From: Camelus dromedarius
Taxonomy: Eukaryota
Reading direction: 5' to 3'
Assembly (NCBI RefSeq): GCF_036321535.1
Contig: NC_087436.1
Coordinates: forward strand, 2,666,001-2,730,000
DNA: 64,000 bases
In this document: piece by piece, positions 24,101 through 38,500 of the stretch
How the letters are laid out: the number at the start of each line of letters is the position of its first letter
How positions within the stretch are numbered: the stretch's first letter is position 1
The notes under the pieces: model-generated
Databases searched by the model: none
Told to the model about the DNA's origin: nothing
The model's input: only the letters and a program-made list of their open reading frames with translations
Translations under genes and position numbers: made by a program

Positions 24101-27100
24101 TGCAGTTTTCAATGTAAAACCGAGTTGGAGCTAGTACCTCCCCTTATATATGTATGGAGTGGAGTTTGCAACTGAAAAGAAACTTTGTGTTCCCAACAAG
24201 CTAGGTGAAGGACGGCTTTCACACACACTTATCTCTCAGAACTGAGCATGTGGAGAGACGTTCGTTCACCTAGCACAAAGGGAACGGGTTGCAGGAGAAA
24301 CTTTTACTCTGGTTTCTCAGTCTGTTTCCTAGTGCCGGTTTGAAGTTCCAGCAGTTTTCACTGTAAAACCGATTTGGAGTTAGTACATCCCCATATATAT
24401 GTATGGAGTGGAGTTTGCAAGTGAAAAGAAACTTTGTGATCCCAAGAAGCTAGGTGAATAAGGCTTTCACACACACTTATCTCTCAGAACTGAGCATGTG
24501 GAGAGACGTTCGTTCATCTAGCACAAAGGGAACGGGTTGCAGGAGAAACTTTTACTCTGGTTTCTCAGTCTGTTTCCTAGTGCCGGTTTGATGTTCCTGC
24601 AATTTTCACTGTAAAATCGATTTGGAGCTTGTACCTCCCCATAAAAATGTATGGAGTGGAGTTTGCAACTGAAAGGAACTTTGTGTTCCCAAGAAGCTGG
24701 GTGAAGGACGGCTTTCACACACACTTATCTCTCAGAAATGAGCATGTGGAGAGACTTTCGTTCATCTAGCACAATGGGAACATGTTGCAGGAGAAACTTT
24801 TACTCTCGTTTCTCAGTCTGTTTCCTAGTGCCGGTTTGAAGTTCCTGCAGTTTTCACTGTAAAACCGAGTTGGAGCTTGTACATCCCCATATATATGTAT
24901 GGAGTGCAGTTTGCAACTGAAAAGAAACTTTGTTTTCCCAACAAGCTAGGTGAAGGATGGCTTTCACACACACTTATCTCTCAGAACTGAGCATGTGGAG
25001 AGACGTTCGTTCATCTAGCACAAAAGGAACGTGTTGCAGTAGAAATTTTTACTCTGGTCTCTCATTCTGTTTCCTAGTGTCGGTTTGATTTTACTTCAGT
25101 TTTCACTGTAAAACCGTGTTGGAGCTAGTACCTCCCCATATATATGTATGGAGAGGAGTTTGCAAAAGAAAAGAAACTTTGTGTTCCCAACAAGCTAGTT
25201 GAAGTACGGCTTTCACACACACTTATCTCTCAGAACTGAGCATGTGGAGAGACGTTAGTTCATCTAGCACAAAGGGAAAGGGTTGCAGGAGAAACTTTTA
25301 CTCTGGTTTCTCAGTCTGTTTCCTAGTACCGGTTTGAAGTTCCTGCAGTTTTTACTGTAAAACCGAGTTTGAGCTAGTACCTCCCCATATATATTTATGG
25401 AGTGGTGTTTGCAACTGAAAAGAAACTTTGTGTTCCTAACAAGCTAGGTGAAGTACGGCTTTCACACACACTTATCTTTCAGAACTGAGCATGTGGAGAG
25501 ACGTTCGTTCATCTATCACAAAAGGAACGGTTTGCAGGTGAAACTTTAACTCTGGTTTCTCGGTCTGTTTCCTAGTGCCGGTTTGATGTTCCTGCAGTTT
25601 TCATTGTAAAATCGATTTGGAGCTAGTACCTCCCCATAAAAATGTTTGGAGTGGAGTTTGCAACTGAAAAGAAACTTTGTGTTCCCAACAAGCTAGGTGA
25701 ATTAAGGCTTTCACACACACTTATCTCTGAGAACTGAGCATGTGGAGAGACTTTCGTTCATCTAGCAAAAAGGGAACGTGTTGCAGGAGGAACTTTTACT
25801 CTGGTCTCTCAGTCTGTTTCCTAGTGCCGGTTTGAAGTTCCTGCAGTTTTCACTGTAAAACAGAGTTGGAGCTAGTACCTCCCCATATATATGTATGAAG
25901 TGGAGTTTGCAACTGAAAAGAAACTTTGTGTTCCCAACAAGCTAGTTGAAGTACGGCTTTCACACACACTTATCTCTCAGAACTGAGCATGTGGAGAGAC
26001 GTTAGTTCATCTAGCACAAAGGGAACGGGTTGCAGGAGAAACTTTTACTCTGGTTTCTCAGTCTGTTTCCTAGTGCCGGTTTGAAGTTCCTGCAGTTTTC
26101 ACTGTAAAACCGAGTTTGAGCTAGTACCTCCCCATATATATTTATGGAGTGGTGTTTGCAACTGAAAAGAAAATTTGTGTTCCTAACAAGCTAGGTGAAG
26201 TACGGCTTTCACACACACTTATCTTTCAGAACTGAGCATGTGGATAGACGTTCGTTCATCTATCACAAAGGGAACGGTTTGCAGGTGAAACTTTAACTCT
26301 GGTTTCTCAGTCTGTTTCCTAGTGCCGGTTTGATGTTCCTGCAGTTTTCATTGTAAAATCGATTTGGAGCTAGTACCTCCCCATAAAAATGTTTGGAGTG
26401 GAGTTTGCAACTGAAAAGAAACTTTGTGTTCCCAACAAGCTAGGTGAATTAAGGCTTTCACACACACTTATCTCTGAGAACTGAGCATGTGGAGAGACTT
26501 TCGTTCATCTAGCAAAAAGGGAACGTGTTGCAGGAGAAACTTTTACTCTGGTCTCTCAGTCTGTTTCCTAGTGCCGGTTTGATGTTCCAGCAGTTTTCAC
26601 TGTAAAACCGAGTTGGAGCTAGTACCTCCCCATATATATGTATGGAGTGGAGTTTGCAACTGAAAAGAAACTTTGTGTTCCAAACAAGCTAGGTGAATAC
26701 GGCTTTCACACACACTTATCTCTCAGAACTGAGCATGTGGAGGGACGTTCGTTCATCTAGCACAAAGGGAACGGGTTGCAGGGAAACTTTTACTCTGGTT
26801 TCTCAGTCTGTTTCCTAGTGCCGATTTGATGTTCCTGCAGTTTTCACTGTAAAATCGATTTGGAGCTAGTACCTCCCCATAAAAATGTATGGATTGGAGT
26901 TTGCAACTGAAAAGAAACTTTGTGTTCCCAACAAGCTAGGTGAAGGAAGGCTTTCAAACACACTTATCTCTCAGAACTGAGCATGTGGAGAGACGTTCGT
27001 TCATCTAGCACAAAGGGAACGGGTTGCAGGAGAAACTTTTACTCTGGTTTCTCAGTCTGTTTCCTAATGCCGGTTTGAAGTTCCTGCAGTTTTCACTGTA

Positions 27101-30100
27101 AAACCGATTTGGAGCTAGTATATCCACATATATATGTATGGAGTGGGGTTTGCAAGTGAAAAGAAACTTTGTGTTCCCAAGAAGCTAGGTGAAGGACGGC
27201 TTTCACAAACATTTATCTCTCAGAACTGAGCATGTGGAGAGACGTTCGTTCATCTAGCACAAAGGGAACGGGTTGAAGGAGAAACTTTTAGTCTGGTTTC
27301 TCAGTCTGTTTCCTAGTTCCGGTTTGAAGTTCCTGCAGATTTCACTGTAAAACCGAGTTGGATCTGGTACCTCCCCACATATATGTATGGAGTGGAGTTT
27401 GCAACTGAAAAGAAACTTTGTGTTCCCAACAAGCTAGGTGAAGGACAGCTTTCACACACAATTATCTTTCAGAACTGAGCATGTGGAGAGATGTTCGTTC
27501 ATCTATCACAAAGGGAACGGTTTACAGGTGAAACTTTAACTCTGGTTTCCCAGTCTGTTTCCTAGTGCCGGTTTGATGTTCCTGCAGTTTTCATTGTAAA
27601 ATCGATTTGGAGCTAGTACCTCCCCATAAAAATATATGGAGTGGAGTTTGCAACTGAAAAGAAACATTGTGTTCCCCACAAGCTAGGTTAATTAAGGCTT
27701 TCACACACACTTATCTCTGAGAACTGAGCATGTGGAGAGACTTTCGTTCATCTAGCAAAAAGGGAACGTGTTGCAGGAGAAACTTTTACTCTGGTCTCTC
27801 AGTCTGTTTCCTAGTGCCGGTTTGAAGTTCCTGCAGTTTTCAATGTAAAACCGAGTTGGAGCTAGTACCTCCCCTTATATATGTATGGAGTGGAGTTTGC
27901 AACTGAAAAGAAACTTTGTGTTCCCAACAAGCTAGTTGAAGGACGGCTTTCACACACACTTATCTCTCAGAACTGAGCATGTGGAGAGACGTTCGTTCAC
28001 CTAGCACAAAGGGAACGGGTTGCAGGAGAAACTTTTACTCTGGTTTCTCAGTCTGTTTCCTAGTGCCGGTTTGAAGTTCCAGCAGTTTTCACTGTAAAAC
28101 CGATTTGGAGTTAGTACATCCCCATATATATGTATGGAGTGGAGTTTGCAAGTGAAAAGAAACTTTGTGATCCCAAGAAGCTAGGTGAATAAGGCTTTCA
28201 CACACACTTATCTCTCAGAACTGAGCATGTGGAGAGACGTTCGTTCATCTAGCACAAAGGGAACGGGTTGCAGGAGAAACTTTTACTCTGGTTTCTCAGT
28301 CTGTTTCCTAGTGCCGGTTTGATGTTCCTGCAATTTTCACTGTAAAATCGATTTGGAGCTAGTACCTCCCCATAAAAATGTATGGAGTGGAGTTTGCAAC
28401 TGAAAGGAACTTTGTGTTCCCAAGAAGCTGGGTGAAGGACGGCTTTCACACACACTTATCTCTCAGAACTGAGCATGTGGAGAGACTTTCGTTCATCTAG
28501 CACAATGGGAACATGTTGCAGGAGAAACTTTTACTCTCGTTTCTCAGTCTGTTTCCTAGTTCCGGTTTGAAGTTCCTGCAGATTTCACTGTAAAACCGAG
28601 TTGGATCTGGTACCTCCCCACATATATGTATGGAGTGCAGTTTGCAACTGAAAAGAAACTTTGTGTTCCCAACAAGCTAGGTGAAGGACAGCTTTCACAC
28701 ACAATTATCTCTCAGAACTGAGCATGTGGAGAGATGTTCGTTCATCTATCACAAAGGGAACGGTTTGCAGGTGAAACTTTAACTCTGGTTTCCCAGTCTG
28801 TTTAGTAGTGCCGGTTTGATGTTCCTGCAGTTTTCATTGTAAAATCGATTTGGAGCTAGTACCTCCCCATAAAAATGTTTGGAGTGGAGTTTGCAACTGA
28901 AAAGAAACTTTGTGTTCCCAACTAGCTAGGTGAATTAAGGCTTTCACACACACTTATCTCTGAGAACTGAGCATGTGGAGAGACTTTCGTTCATCTAGCA
29001 AAAAGGGAACGTGTTGCAGGAGAAACTTTTACTCTGGTCTCTCAGTCTGTTTCTTAGTGCCGGTTTGAAGTTCCTGCAGTTTTCACTGTAAAACCGAGTT
29101 GGAGCTAGTACCTCCCCATATATATGTATGGAATGGAGTTTGCAACTGAAAAGAAACTTTGTGTTCCCAACAAGCTAGTTGAAGTACGGCTTTCACACAC
29201 ACTTATCTCTCAGAACTGAGCATGTGGAGAGACGTTAGTTCATCTAGCACAAAGGGAACGGGTTGCAGGAGAAACTTTTACTCTGGTTTCTCAGTCTGTT
29301 TCCTAGTGCCGGTTTGAATTTCCTGCAGTTTTCACTGTAAAACCGAGTTTGAGCTAGTACCTCCCCATATATATTTATGGAGTGGTGTTTGCAACTGAAA
29401 AGAAACTTTGTGTTCCTAACAAGCTAGGTGAAGTACGGCTTTCACACACACTTATCTTTCAGAACTGAGCATGTGGAGAGACGTTCGTTCATCTATCACA
29501 AAGGGAACGGTTTGCAGGTGAAACTTTATCTCTGGTTTCTCAGTCTGTTTCCTAGTGCCGGTTTGATGTTCCTGCAGTTTTCATTGTAAAATCGATTTGG
29601 AGCTAGTACCTCCCCATAAAAATGTTTGGAGTGGAGTTTGCAACTGAAAAGAAACTTTGTGTTCCCAACAAGCTAGGTGAATTAAGGCTTTCACACACAC
29701 TTATCTCTGAGAACTGAGCATGTGGAGAGACTTTCGTTCATCTAGCAAAAAGGGAACGTGTTGCAGGAGAAACTTTTACTCTGGTCTCTCAATCTGTTTC
29801 CTAGTGCCGGTTTGAAGTTCCTGCAGTTTTCACTGTAAAACCGAGTTGGAGCTAGTACCTCCCCATATATATGTATGGAGTGGAGTTTGCAACTGAAAAG
29901 AAACTTTGTGTTCCCAACAAGCTAGGTGAATACGGCTTTCACACACACTTATCTCTCAGAACTGAGCATGTGGAGAGACGTTCGTTCATCTAGCACAAAG
30001 GGAACGGGTTGAAGGAGAAACTTTTAGTCTGGTTTCTCAGTCTGTTTCCTAATGCCGGTTTGAAGTTCCTGAAGTTTTCACTGTAAAACCGATTTGGAGC

Positions 30101-31400
30101 TAGTATATCCACATATATATGTATGGAGTGGGGTTTGCAAGTGAAAAGAAACTTTGTGTTCCCAAGAAGCTAGGTGAAGGACGGCTTTCACACACATTTA
30201 TCTCTCAGAACTGAGCATGTGGAGAGACGTTCGTTCATCTAGCACAAAGGGAACGGGTTGAAGGAGAAACTTTTAGTCTGGTTTCTCAGTCTGTTTCCTA
30301 GTTCCGGTTTGAAGTTCCTGCAGATTTCACTGTAAACCCGAGTTGGATCTGGTACATCCCCACATATATGTATGGAGTGGAGTTTGCAACTGAAAAGAAA
30401 CTTTGTGTTCCCAACAAGCTAGGTGAAGGACAGCTTTCACACACAATTATCTCTCAGAACTGAGCATGTGGAGAGATGTTCGTTCATCTATCACAAAGGG
30501 AACGGTATGCAGGTGAAACTTTAACTCTGGTTTCCCAGTCTGTTTCCTAGTGCCGGTTTGATGTTCCTGCAGTTTTCATTGTAAAATCGATTTGGAGCTG
30601 GTACCTCCCCATAAAAATATATGGAGTGGAGTTTGCAACTGAAAAGAAACATTGTGTTCCCCACAAGCTAGGTGAATTAAGGCTTTCACACACACTTATC
30701 TCTGAGAACTGAGCATGTGGAGAGACTTTCGTTCATCTAGCAAAAAGGGAACGTGTTGCAGGAGAAACTATTACTCTGGTCTCTCAGTCTGTTTCTTAGT
30801 GCCGGTTTGAAGTTCCTGCAGTTTTCAATGTAAAACCGAGTTGGAGCTAGTACCTCCCCTTATATATGTATGGAGTGGAGTTTGCAACTGAAAAGAAACT
30901 TTGTGTTCCCAACAAGCTAGGTGAAGGACGGCTTTCACACACACTTATCTCTCAGAACTGAGCATGTGGAGAGACGTTCGTTCACCTAGCACAAAGGGAA
31001 CGGGTTGCAGGAGAAACTTTTACTCTGGTTTCTCAGTCTGTTTCCTAGTGCCGGTTTGAAGTTCCAGCAGTTTTCACTGTAAAACCGATTTGGAGTTAGT
31101 ACATCCCCATATATATGTATGGAGTGCAGTTTGCAAGTGAAAAGAAACTTTGTGATCCCAAGAAGCTAGGTGAATACGGCTTTCACACACACTTATCTCT
31201 CAGAACTGAGCATGTGGAGAGACGTTCGTTCATCTAGCACAAAGGGAACGGGTTGCAGGAGAAACTTTTACTCTGGTTTCTCAGTCTGTTTCCTAGTGCC
31301 GGTTTGATGTTCCTGCAGTTTTCACTGTAAAATCGATTTGGAGCTAGTACCTCCCCATAAAAATGTATGGAGTGGAGTTTGCAACTGAAAAGAAACTTTG
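21140..31400. repeat. 15-monomer (~3732-bp) tandem duplication followed by a third related copy at 12-monomer spacing
   Basis: TTTTCCC lies at 21201/24933 and ORFs at 24518/28249. TGTGATCCC lies at 24435, 28166 and 31151 (offsets 3731 and 2985). Confidence 0.92.
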
Positions 31401-32579
31401 TGTTCCCAACAAGTTAGGTGAATTAAGGCTTTCACACACACTTATCTCTGAGAACTGAGCATGTGTAGAGACTTTCGTTCATCTAGCAAAAAGGGAACCT
31501 GTTGCAGGAGAAACTTTTACAATGGTCTCTCAGACTGTTTCCTAGTGCCGGTTTGAACTTCCTGCAGTTTTCACTGTAAAACCGAGTTGGAGCTAATACC
31601 TCCCCATATATATTTATGGAATGGAGTTTGCAACTGAAAAGAATCTTTGTGTTCCCAACAAGCTAGGTGAAGGGAGGCTTTCAAACACACTTATCTCTCA
31701 GAAATGAGCATGTGGAGAGACGTTCGTTCATCTATCACAAACGGAACGGGTTGCAGGAGAATCTTTTACTCTGGTTTCTCAGTCTGTTTCCTAGTGCCGG
31801 TTTGAAGTTCCTGCAGTTTTCACTGTAAAACCGAGTTGGAGCTAGTATATCCCCATATATATGTATGGAGTGGGGTTTGCAAGTGAAAAGAAACTTTGTG
31901 TTCCCAAGAAGCTAGGTGAAGGACGGCTTTCACACACACTTATCTCTCAGAATTGAGCATGTGGAGAGACGTTCGTTCATCTAGCACAAAGGGAACGGGT
32001 TGAAGGGGAAACTTTTATTCTGGATTCTCAGTCTGTTTCCTAGTTCCGGTTTGAAGTTCCTGCAGATTTCACTGTAAAACCGAGTTGGATCTAGTACCTC
32101 CCCACATATATGTATGGAGTGGAGTTTGCAACTGAAAAGAAACTTTGTGTTCCCAACAAGCTAGGTGAAGGACAGCTTTCACACACAATTATCCCTCAGA
32201 ACTGAGCATGTGGAGAGACGTTCGTTCATCTAGCACAAAGGGAATGAGTTGCAGGAGAAACTTTTACTCTGGTTTCTCAGTCTGTTTGCTAGTGCCGGTT
32301 TGAAGTTCCTTCAGTTTTCACTGTAAAACCGAGTTGGAGCCATTACCTCCCCATATATATATGGATTGGAGTTTGAAACTGAAAAGAAACTTTGTGTTCC
32401 CAACAAGCTAGGTGAAGGACGGCTTTCAAACGTACTTATCTCTCAGAACTGAGCATGTGGAGAGACTTTCGTTCATTTAGCACAAAGGGAAGGGGTTGCA
32501 GGGAAACTTTACTCTGGTTTCTCAGTCTGTTTCCTAGTGCCGTTTTGAAGTTCCTGCAGTTTTCACTGTAAAAGAGAGT

Positions 32580-35500
32580 TGGGGCTAGTACCTCCCCATA
32601 TATATGTATGGAATGGAGTTTGCAACTGAAAAGAAACTTTGTGTTCCCAACAAGCTAGGTGAAGGACGGCTTTCACACACACTTATCTCTCAGAACTGAG
32701 CATGTGGAGAAACGTTCGTTCATCTTGCACAAAGGGAACGGGTTGCAGGAGAAACTTTTTCTCTGGTTTCTCAGTCTGTTTCCTAGTGCCGGTTTGAAGT
32801 TCCTGCAGTTTTCACTGTAAAACCGAGTTGGAGCTAGTTCCTCCCCATATTTATGTATGGAGTGGAATTTGCAAATGAAAACAAACTTTGTGTTCCCAAC
32901 CAGCTAAGTGTAGGACGGCTTTCACACACACTTATCTCTCAGAACTGAGCATGTGGAGAGACGTTCGTTCATCTAGCACAAAGGAACGGGTTGCAGGAGA
33001 AACTTTTACTCTGGTTTCTCACTCTGTTTCCTAGAGACGGTTTGAAGTTCCTGCAATTTTCACTGTAAAACAGATTTGGAGCTAGTACCTCCCCATATAT
33101 ATGTATGGAGTGGAGTTTGCAACTGAAAAGAAACTTTGTGTTCCCAACAAGCTAGGTGAAGGACGGCTTTCACACACACTAATCTCTCAGAACTGAGCAT
33201 GTGGAGAGACGTTCATTCATCTAGCATAAAGGGAATGGGTTGCGGTAGAAAATTTGACTCTGGTTTCTCAGTGTGTTTCCTAGTGCCGGTTTGAAGTTCC
33301 TGCAATTTTCACTGTAAAACCGAGTTGGAGCTAGTACCTACCCAACAATATGTATGGAGTGGAGTTGGCAAGTGAAAAGAATCTTTGTGTTCCCAACAAG
33401 CTAGGTGAAGGACGGCTTTCACACACACTTATCTCTCAGAACTGAGCATGTGGAGTGAGGTTGGTTCATCTAGCACAAGGGGAACTGGGTGCAGGATAAA
33501 CTTTTACTCTGGTTTCTCAGTCTGTTTACTAGTGCCGGTTTGAAGTTCCTGCAGTTTTCACTGTAAAACCGATTTGGAGCTAGTACCTCCCCATATATAT
33601 GTATGCAGTGGAGTTTGCAACTGAAAAGAAACTTTGTGTTCTAAACAAGCTAGGTGAAGGACGGCTTTCACACACACTTATCTCTCAGAACTGAGCATGT
33701 GGAGAGACGATCGTTCATTTAGTCAAGGGGAACGGGTTGCATTAGAAACTTTTACTCTGGTTTCTCAGTCTGTTTCCTAGTGCCGATTTGAAGTTCCTGC
33801 ATTTTTCACTGTAAAACCGAGTTTGAGCTAGTACCTCCCCTTATATATGTATGGAGTGGAATTTGCAACTGAAAAGAAACATTGTGTTCCCAACACCTAG
33901 GTGAAGGACGGCTTTCACAATCACTTATCTCTCAGAACTGAGCATGTGGAGAGACGTTCGTTCATCTAGCACAAATGGAACGGGTTGCAGGAGAAACTTT
34001 TTCTCTGGTTTCGCCGTTTTTTTCCTAGTGCCTGTTTGAAGTTCCTGCAATTTTCACTGTAAAACCGAGTTGGAGTTAGTACCACCCCATATATATGTAT
34101 GGAGCGGAGTTTGCAACTGAAAAGAAACTTTGTGTTCCCAACAAGGTAGTTGAAGGACGGCTTTCACACACAATTATCTCTCAGAACTGAGCATGTGGAG
34201 AGACGTTCGTTCATCTAGCACAAAGCTAACTGGTTGCAGGAGAAACTTTTACTCATTTTTCTCAGTCTGTTTCCTAGTGCCGGTTTGAAGTTCCTGCAGT
34301 TTTCACTGTAAAACCGAGTTGGAGCTAGTACCTCGCCATATATATGTATGGAGTGGAGTTTGTAACTGAAAAGAAACTTTGTGTTCCCAACAATCTAGGT
34401 GAATTTCGGCTTTCACACACAATTATATCTCAGAAATGAGAATGTGGAGAGACGTTCGTTCATCTAGCACAAAGGGAACGGGTTGAAGGAGAAACTTTTT
34501 CTCTGGTTTCTCAGTCTGTTTCCTAGTGCCAGTTTGAAGTTCCTGTAGTTTTCACTGTAAAACCGAGTTGGAGCTACTTCCTCCCCATATATATGTATGG
34601 AGTGGAGTTTGCAACTGAAAGGAACTTTGTGTTCCCAAGAAGCTAGGTGAAGACGGCTTTCACACACACTTATCTCTCAGAACTGAGCATGTGGAGAAAC
34701 GTTCGTTCATCTTGCACAAAGGGAACGGGTTGCAGGAGAAACTTTTACTCTGGTTTCTCAGTCTGTTTCCTAGTGCCGGTTTGAAGTTCCTGCAGTTTTC
34801 ACTGTAAAACCGAGTTGGAGCTAGTTCCTCCCCATATTTATGTATGGAGTGGAATTTTCAAGTGAAAAGAATCTTTGTGTTCCCAACCAGCTAAGTGTAG
34901 GACGGCTTTCACACACACTTATCTCTCAGAACTGAGCATGTGGAGAGACGTTCGTTCATCTAGCACAAAGGAACGGGTTGCTGGAGAAACTTTTACTCTG
35001 GTTTCTCACTCTGTTTCCTAGAGACGGTTTGAAGTTCCTGCAATTTTCACTGTAAAACAGATTTGGAGCTAGTACCTCCCCATATATATGTATGGAGTGG
35101 AGTTTGCAACGGAAAAGAAACTTTGTGTTCCCAACAAGCTAGGTGAAGGACGGCTTTCACACACACTAATCTCTCAGAACTGAGCATGTGGAGAGACGTT
35201 CATTCATCTAGCATAAAGGGAATGGTTTGCGGTAGAAAATTTGACTCTGGTTTCTCAGTGTGTTTCCTAGTGCCGGTTTGAAGTTCCTGCAATTTTCACT
35301 GTAAAACCGAGTTGGAGCTAGTACCTACCCAACAATACGTATGGAGTGGAGTTGGCAAGTTAAAAGAATCTTTGTGTTCCCAACAAGCTAATTGAAGGAC
35401 GGCTTTCACACACACTCATCTCTCAGAACTGAGCATGTGGAGTGAGGTTGGTTCATCTAGCACAAGGGGAACGGGGTGCAGGGTAAACTTTTACTCTGGT

Positions 35501-38500
35501 TTCTCAGTCTGTTTACTACTGCCGGTTTGAAGTTCCTGCAGTTTTCACTGTAAAACCGATTTGGAGCTAGTACCTCCCCATATATATGTATGGAGCGGAG
35601 TTTGCAACTGAAAAGAAACTTTGTGTTCCCAACAAGGTAGTTGAAGGACGGCTTTCACACACAATTATCTCTCAGAACTGAGCATGTGGAGAGACGTTCG
35701 TTCATCTAGCACAAAGCTAACTGGTTGCAGGAGAAACTTTTACTCATTTTTCTCAGTCTGTTTCCTAGTGCCGGTTTGAAGTTCCTGCAGTTTTCACTGT
35801 AAAACCGAGTTGGAGCTAGTACCTCGCCATATATATGTATGGAGTGGAGTTTGCAACTGAAAAGAAACTTTGTGTTCCCAACAAGCTAGGTGAATTTCGG
35901 CTTTCACACACAATTATATCTCAGAACTGAGAATGTGGAGAGACGTTCGTTCATCTAGCACAAAGGGAACGGGTTGAAGGAGAAACTTTTTCTCTGGTTT
36001 CTCAGTCTGTTTCCTAGTGCCAGTTTGAAGTTCCTGTAGTTTTCACTGTAAAACCGAGTTGGAGCTACTTCCTCCCCATATATATGTATGGAGTGGAGTA
36101 TGCAACTGAAAGGAACTTTGTGTTCCCAAGAAGCTAGGTGAAGGACGGCTTTCACACACACTTATCTCTCAGAACTGAGCATGTGGAGAAACGTTCGTTC
36201 ATCTTGCACAAAGGGAACGGGTTGCAGGAGAAACTTTTACTCTGGTTTCTCAGTGTGTTTCCTAGTGCCGGTTTGAAGTTCCTGCAGTTTTCACTGTAAA
36301 ACCGAGTTGGAGCTAGTTCCTCCCCATATTTATGTATGGAGTGGAATTTTCAAGTGAAAAGAATCTTTGTGTTCCCAACCAGCTAAGTGTAGGACGGCTT
36401 TCACACACACTTATCTCTCAGAACTGAGCATGTGGAGAGACGTTCGTTCATCTAGCACAAAGGAACGGGTTGCTGGAGAAACTTTTACTCTGGTTTCTCA
36501 CTCTGTTTCCTAGAGACGGTTTGAAGTTCCTGCAATTTTCACTGTAAAACAGATTTGGAGCTAGTACCTCCCCATATATATGTATGGAGTGGAGTTTGCA
36601 ACTGAAAAGAAACTTTGTGTTCCCAACAAGCTATGTGAAGGACGGCTTTCACACACACTAATCTCTCAGAACTGAGCATGTGGAGAGACGTTCATTCATC
36701 TAGCATAAAGGGAATGGTTTGCGGTAGAAAATTTGACTCCGGTTTCTCAGTGTGTTTCCTAGTGCCGGTTTGAAGTTCCTGCAATTTTCACTGTAAAACC
36801 GAGTTGGAGCTAGTACCTACCCAACAATACATATGGAGTGGAGTTGGCAAGTTTAAAGAATCTTTGTGTTCCCAACAAGCTAGGTGAAGGACGGCTTTCA
36901 CACACACTTATCTCTCAGAACTGAGCATGTGGAGTGAGGTTGGTTCATCTAGCACAAGGGGAACGGGGTGCAGGGTAAACTTTTACTCTGGTTTCTCAGT
37001 CTGTTTACTACTGCCGGTTTGAAGTTCCTGCATTTTTCACTGTAAAACCGATTTGGAGCTAGTACCTCCCCATATATATGTATGGAGTGGAGTTTGCAAC
37101 TGAAAAGAAACTTTGTGTTCTAAACAAGCTAGGTGAAGGACGGCTTTCACACACACTTATCTCTCAGAACTGAGCATGTGGAGAGACGATCGTTCATCTA
37201 GTCAAGGGAACGGGTTGCATTAGAAACTTTTACTCTGGTTTCTCAGTCTGTTTCCTAGTGCCGATTTGAAGTTCCTGCATTTTTCACTGTAAAACCGAGT
37301 TTGAGCTAGTACCTCCCCTTATATATGTATGGAATGGAATTTGCAACTGAAAAGAAACATTGTGTTCCCAACACCTAGGTGAAGGACGGCTTTCACAATC
37401 ACTTATCTCTCAGAACTGAGCATGTGGAGAGACGTTCGTTCATCTAGCACAAAGGGAACTGTTTGCAGGAGAAACTTTTTCTCTGGTTTCTCAGTCTGTT
37501 TCCTAGTGCCGGTTTGAAATTCCTGCAATTTTCACTGTAAAACCGAGTTGGAGCTAGTACCTACCCATATATATGTATGGAGTGGAGTTTGCAACTGAAA
37601 AGAAACTTTGTGTTCCCAACAAGCTAGGTGAAGGGCGGCTTTTACACACACTTATCTCTCAGAACTGAGCATGTGTAGAGACGTTCGTTCATCTAGCACA
37701 AATGGAACGGGTTGCAGGAGAAACTTTTTCTCTGGTTTCTCAGTTTGTTTCCTAGTGCCGGTTTGAAGTTCCTGCAATTTTCACTGTAAAACCGAGTTGG
37801 AGTTAGTACCACCCCATATATATGTATGGAGCGGAGTTTGCAACTGAAAAGAAACTTTGTGTTCCCAACAAGGTAGTTGAAGGACGGCTTTCACACACAA
37901 TTATCTCTCAGAACTGAGCATGTGGAGAGACGTTCGTTCATCTAGCACAAAGCTAACTGGTTGCAGGAGAAACTTTTAATCATTTTTCTCAGTCTGTTTC
38001 CTAGTGCCTGTTTGAAGTTCCTGCAGTTTTCACTGTAAAACCGAGTTGGAGCTAGTACCTCGCCATATATATGTATGGAGTGGAGTTTGCAACTGAAAAG
38101 AAACTTTGTGTTCCCAACAAGCTAGGTGAATTTCGGCTTTCACACACAATTATATCTCAGAACTGAGAATGTGGAGAGACGTTCGTTCATCTAGCATAAA
38201 GGGAACGGGTTGAAGGAGAAACTTTTTCTCTGGTTTCTCAGTCTGTTTCCTAGTGCCAGTTTGAAGTTCCTGTAGTTTTCACTGTAAAACCGAGTTGGAG
38301 CTACTTCCTCCCCATATATATGTATGGAGTGGAGTTTGCAACTGAAAGGAACTTTGTGTTCCCAAGAAGCTAGGTGAAGGACGGCTATCACACACACTTA
38401 TCTAGCAGAACTGAGCATGTGGAGAGACTTTCGTTCATCTAGCACAAAGGGAACGGGTTGCAGGAGAAACTTTTACTCTGGTTTCTCAGTCTGTTTCCTA

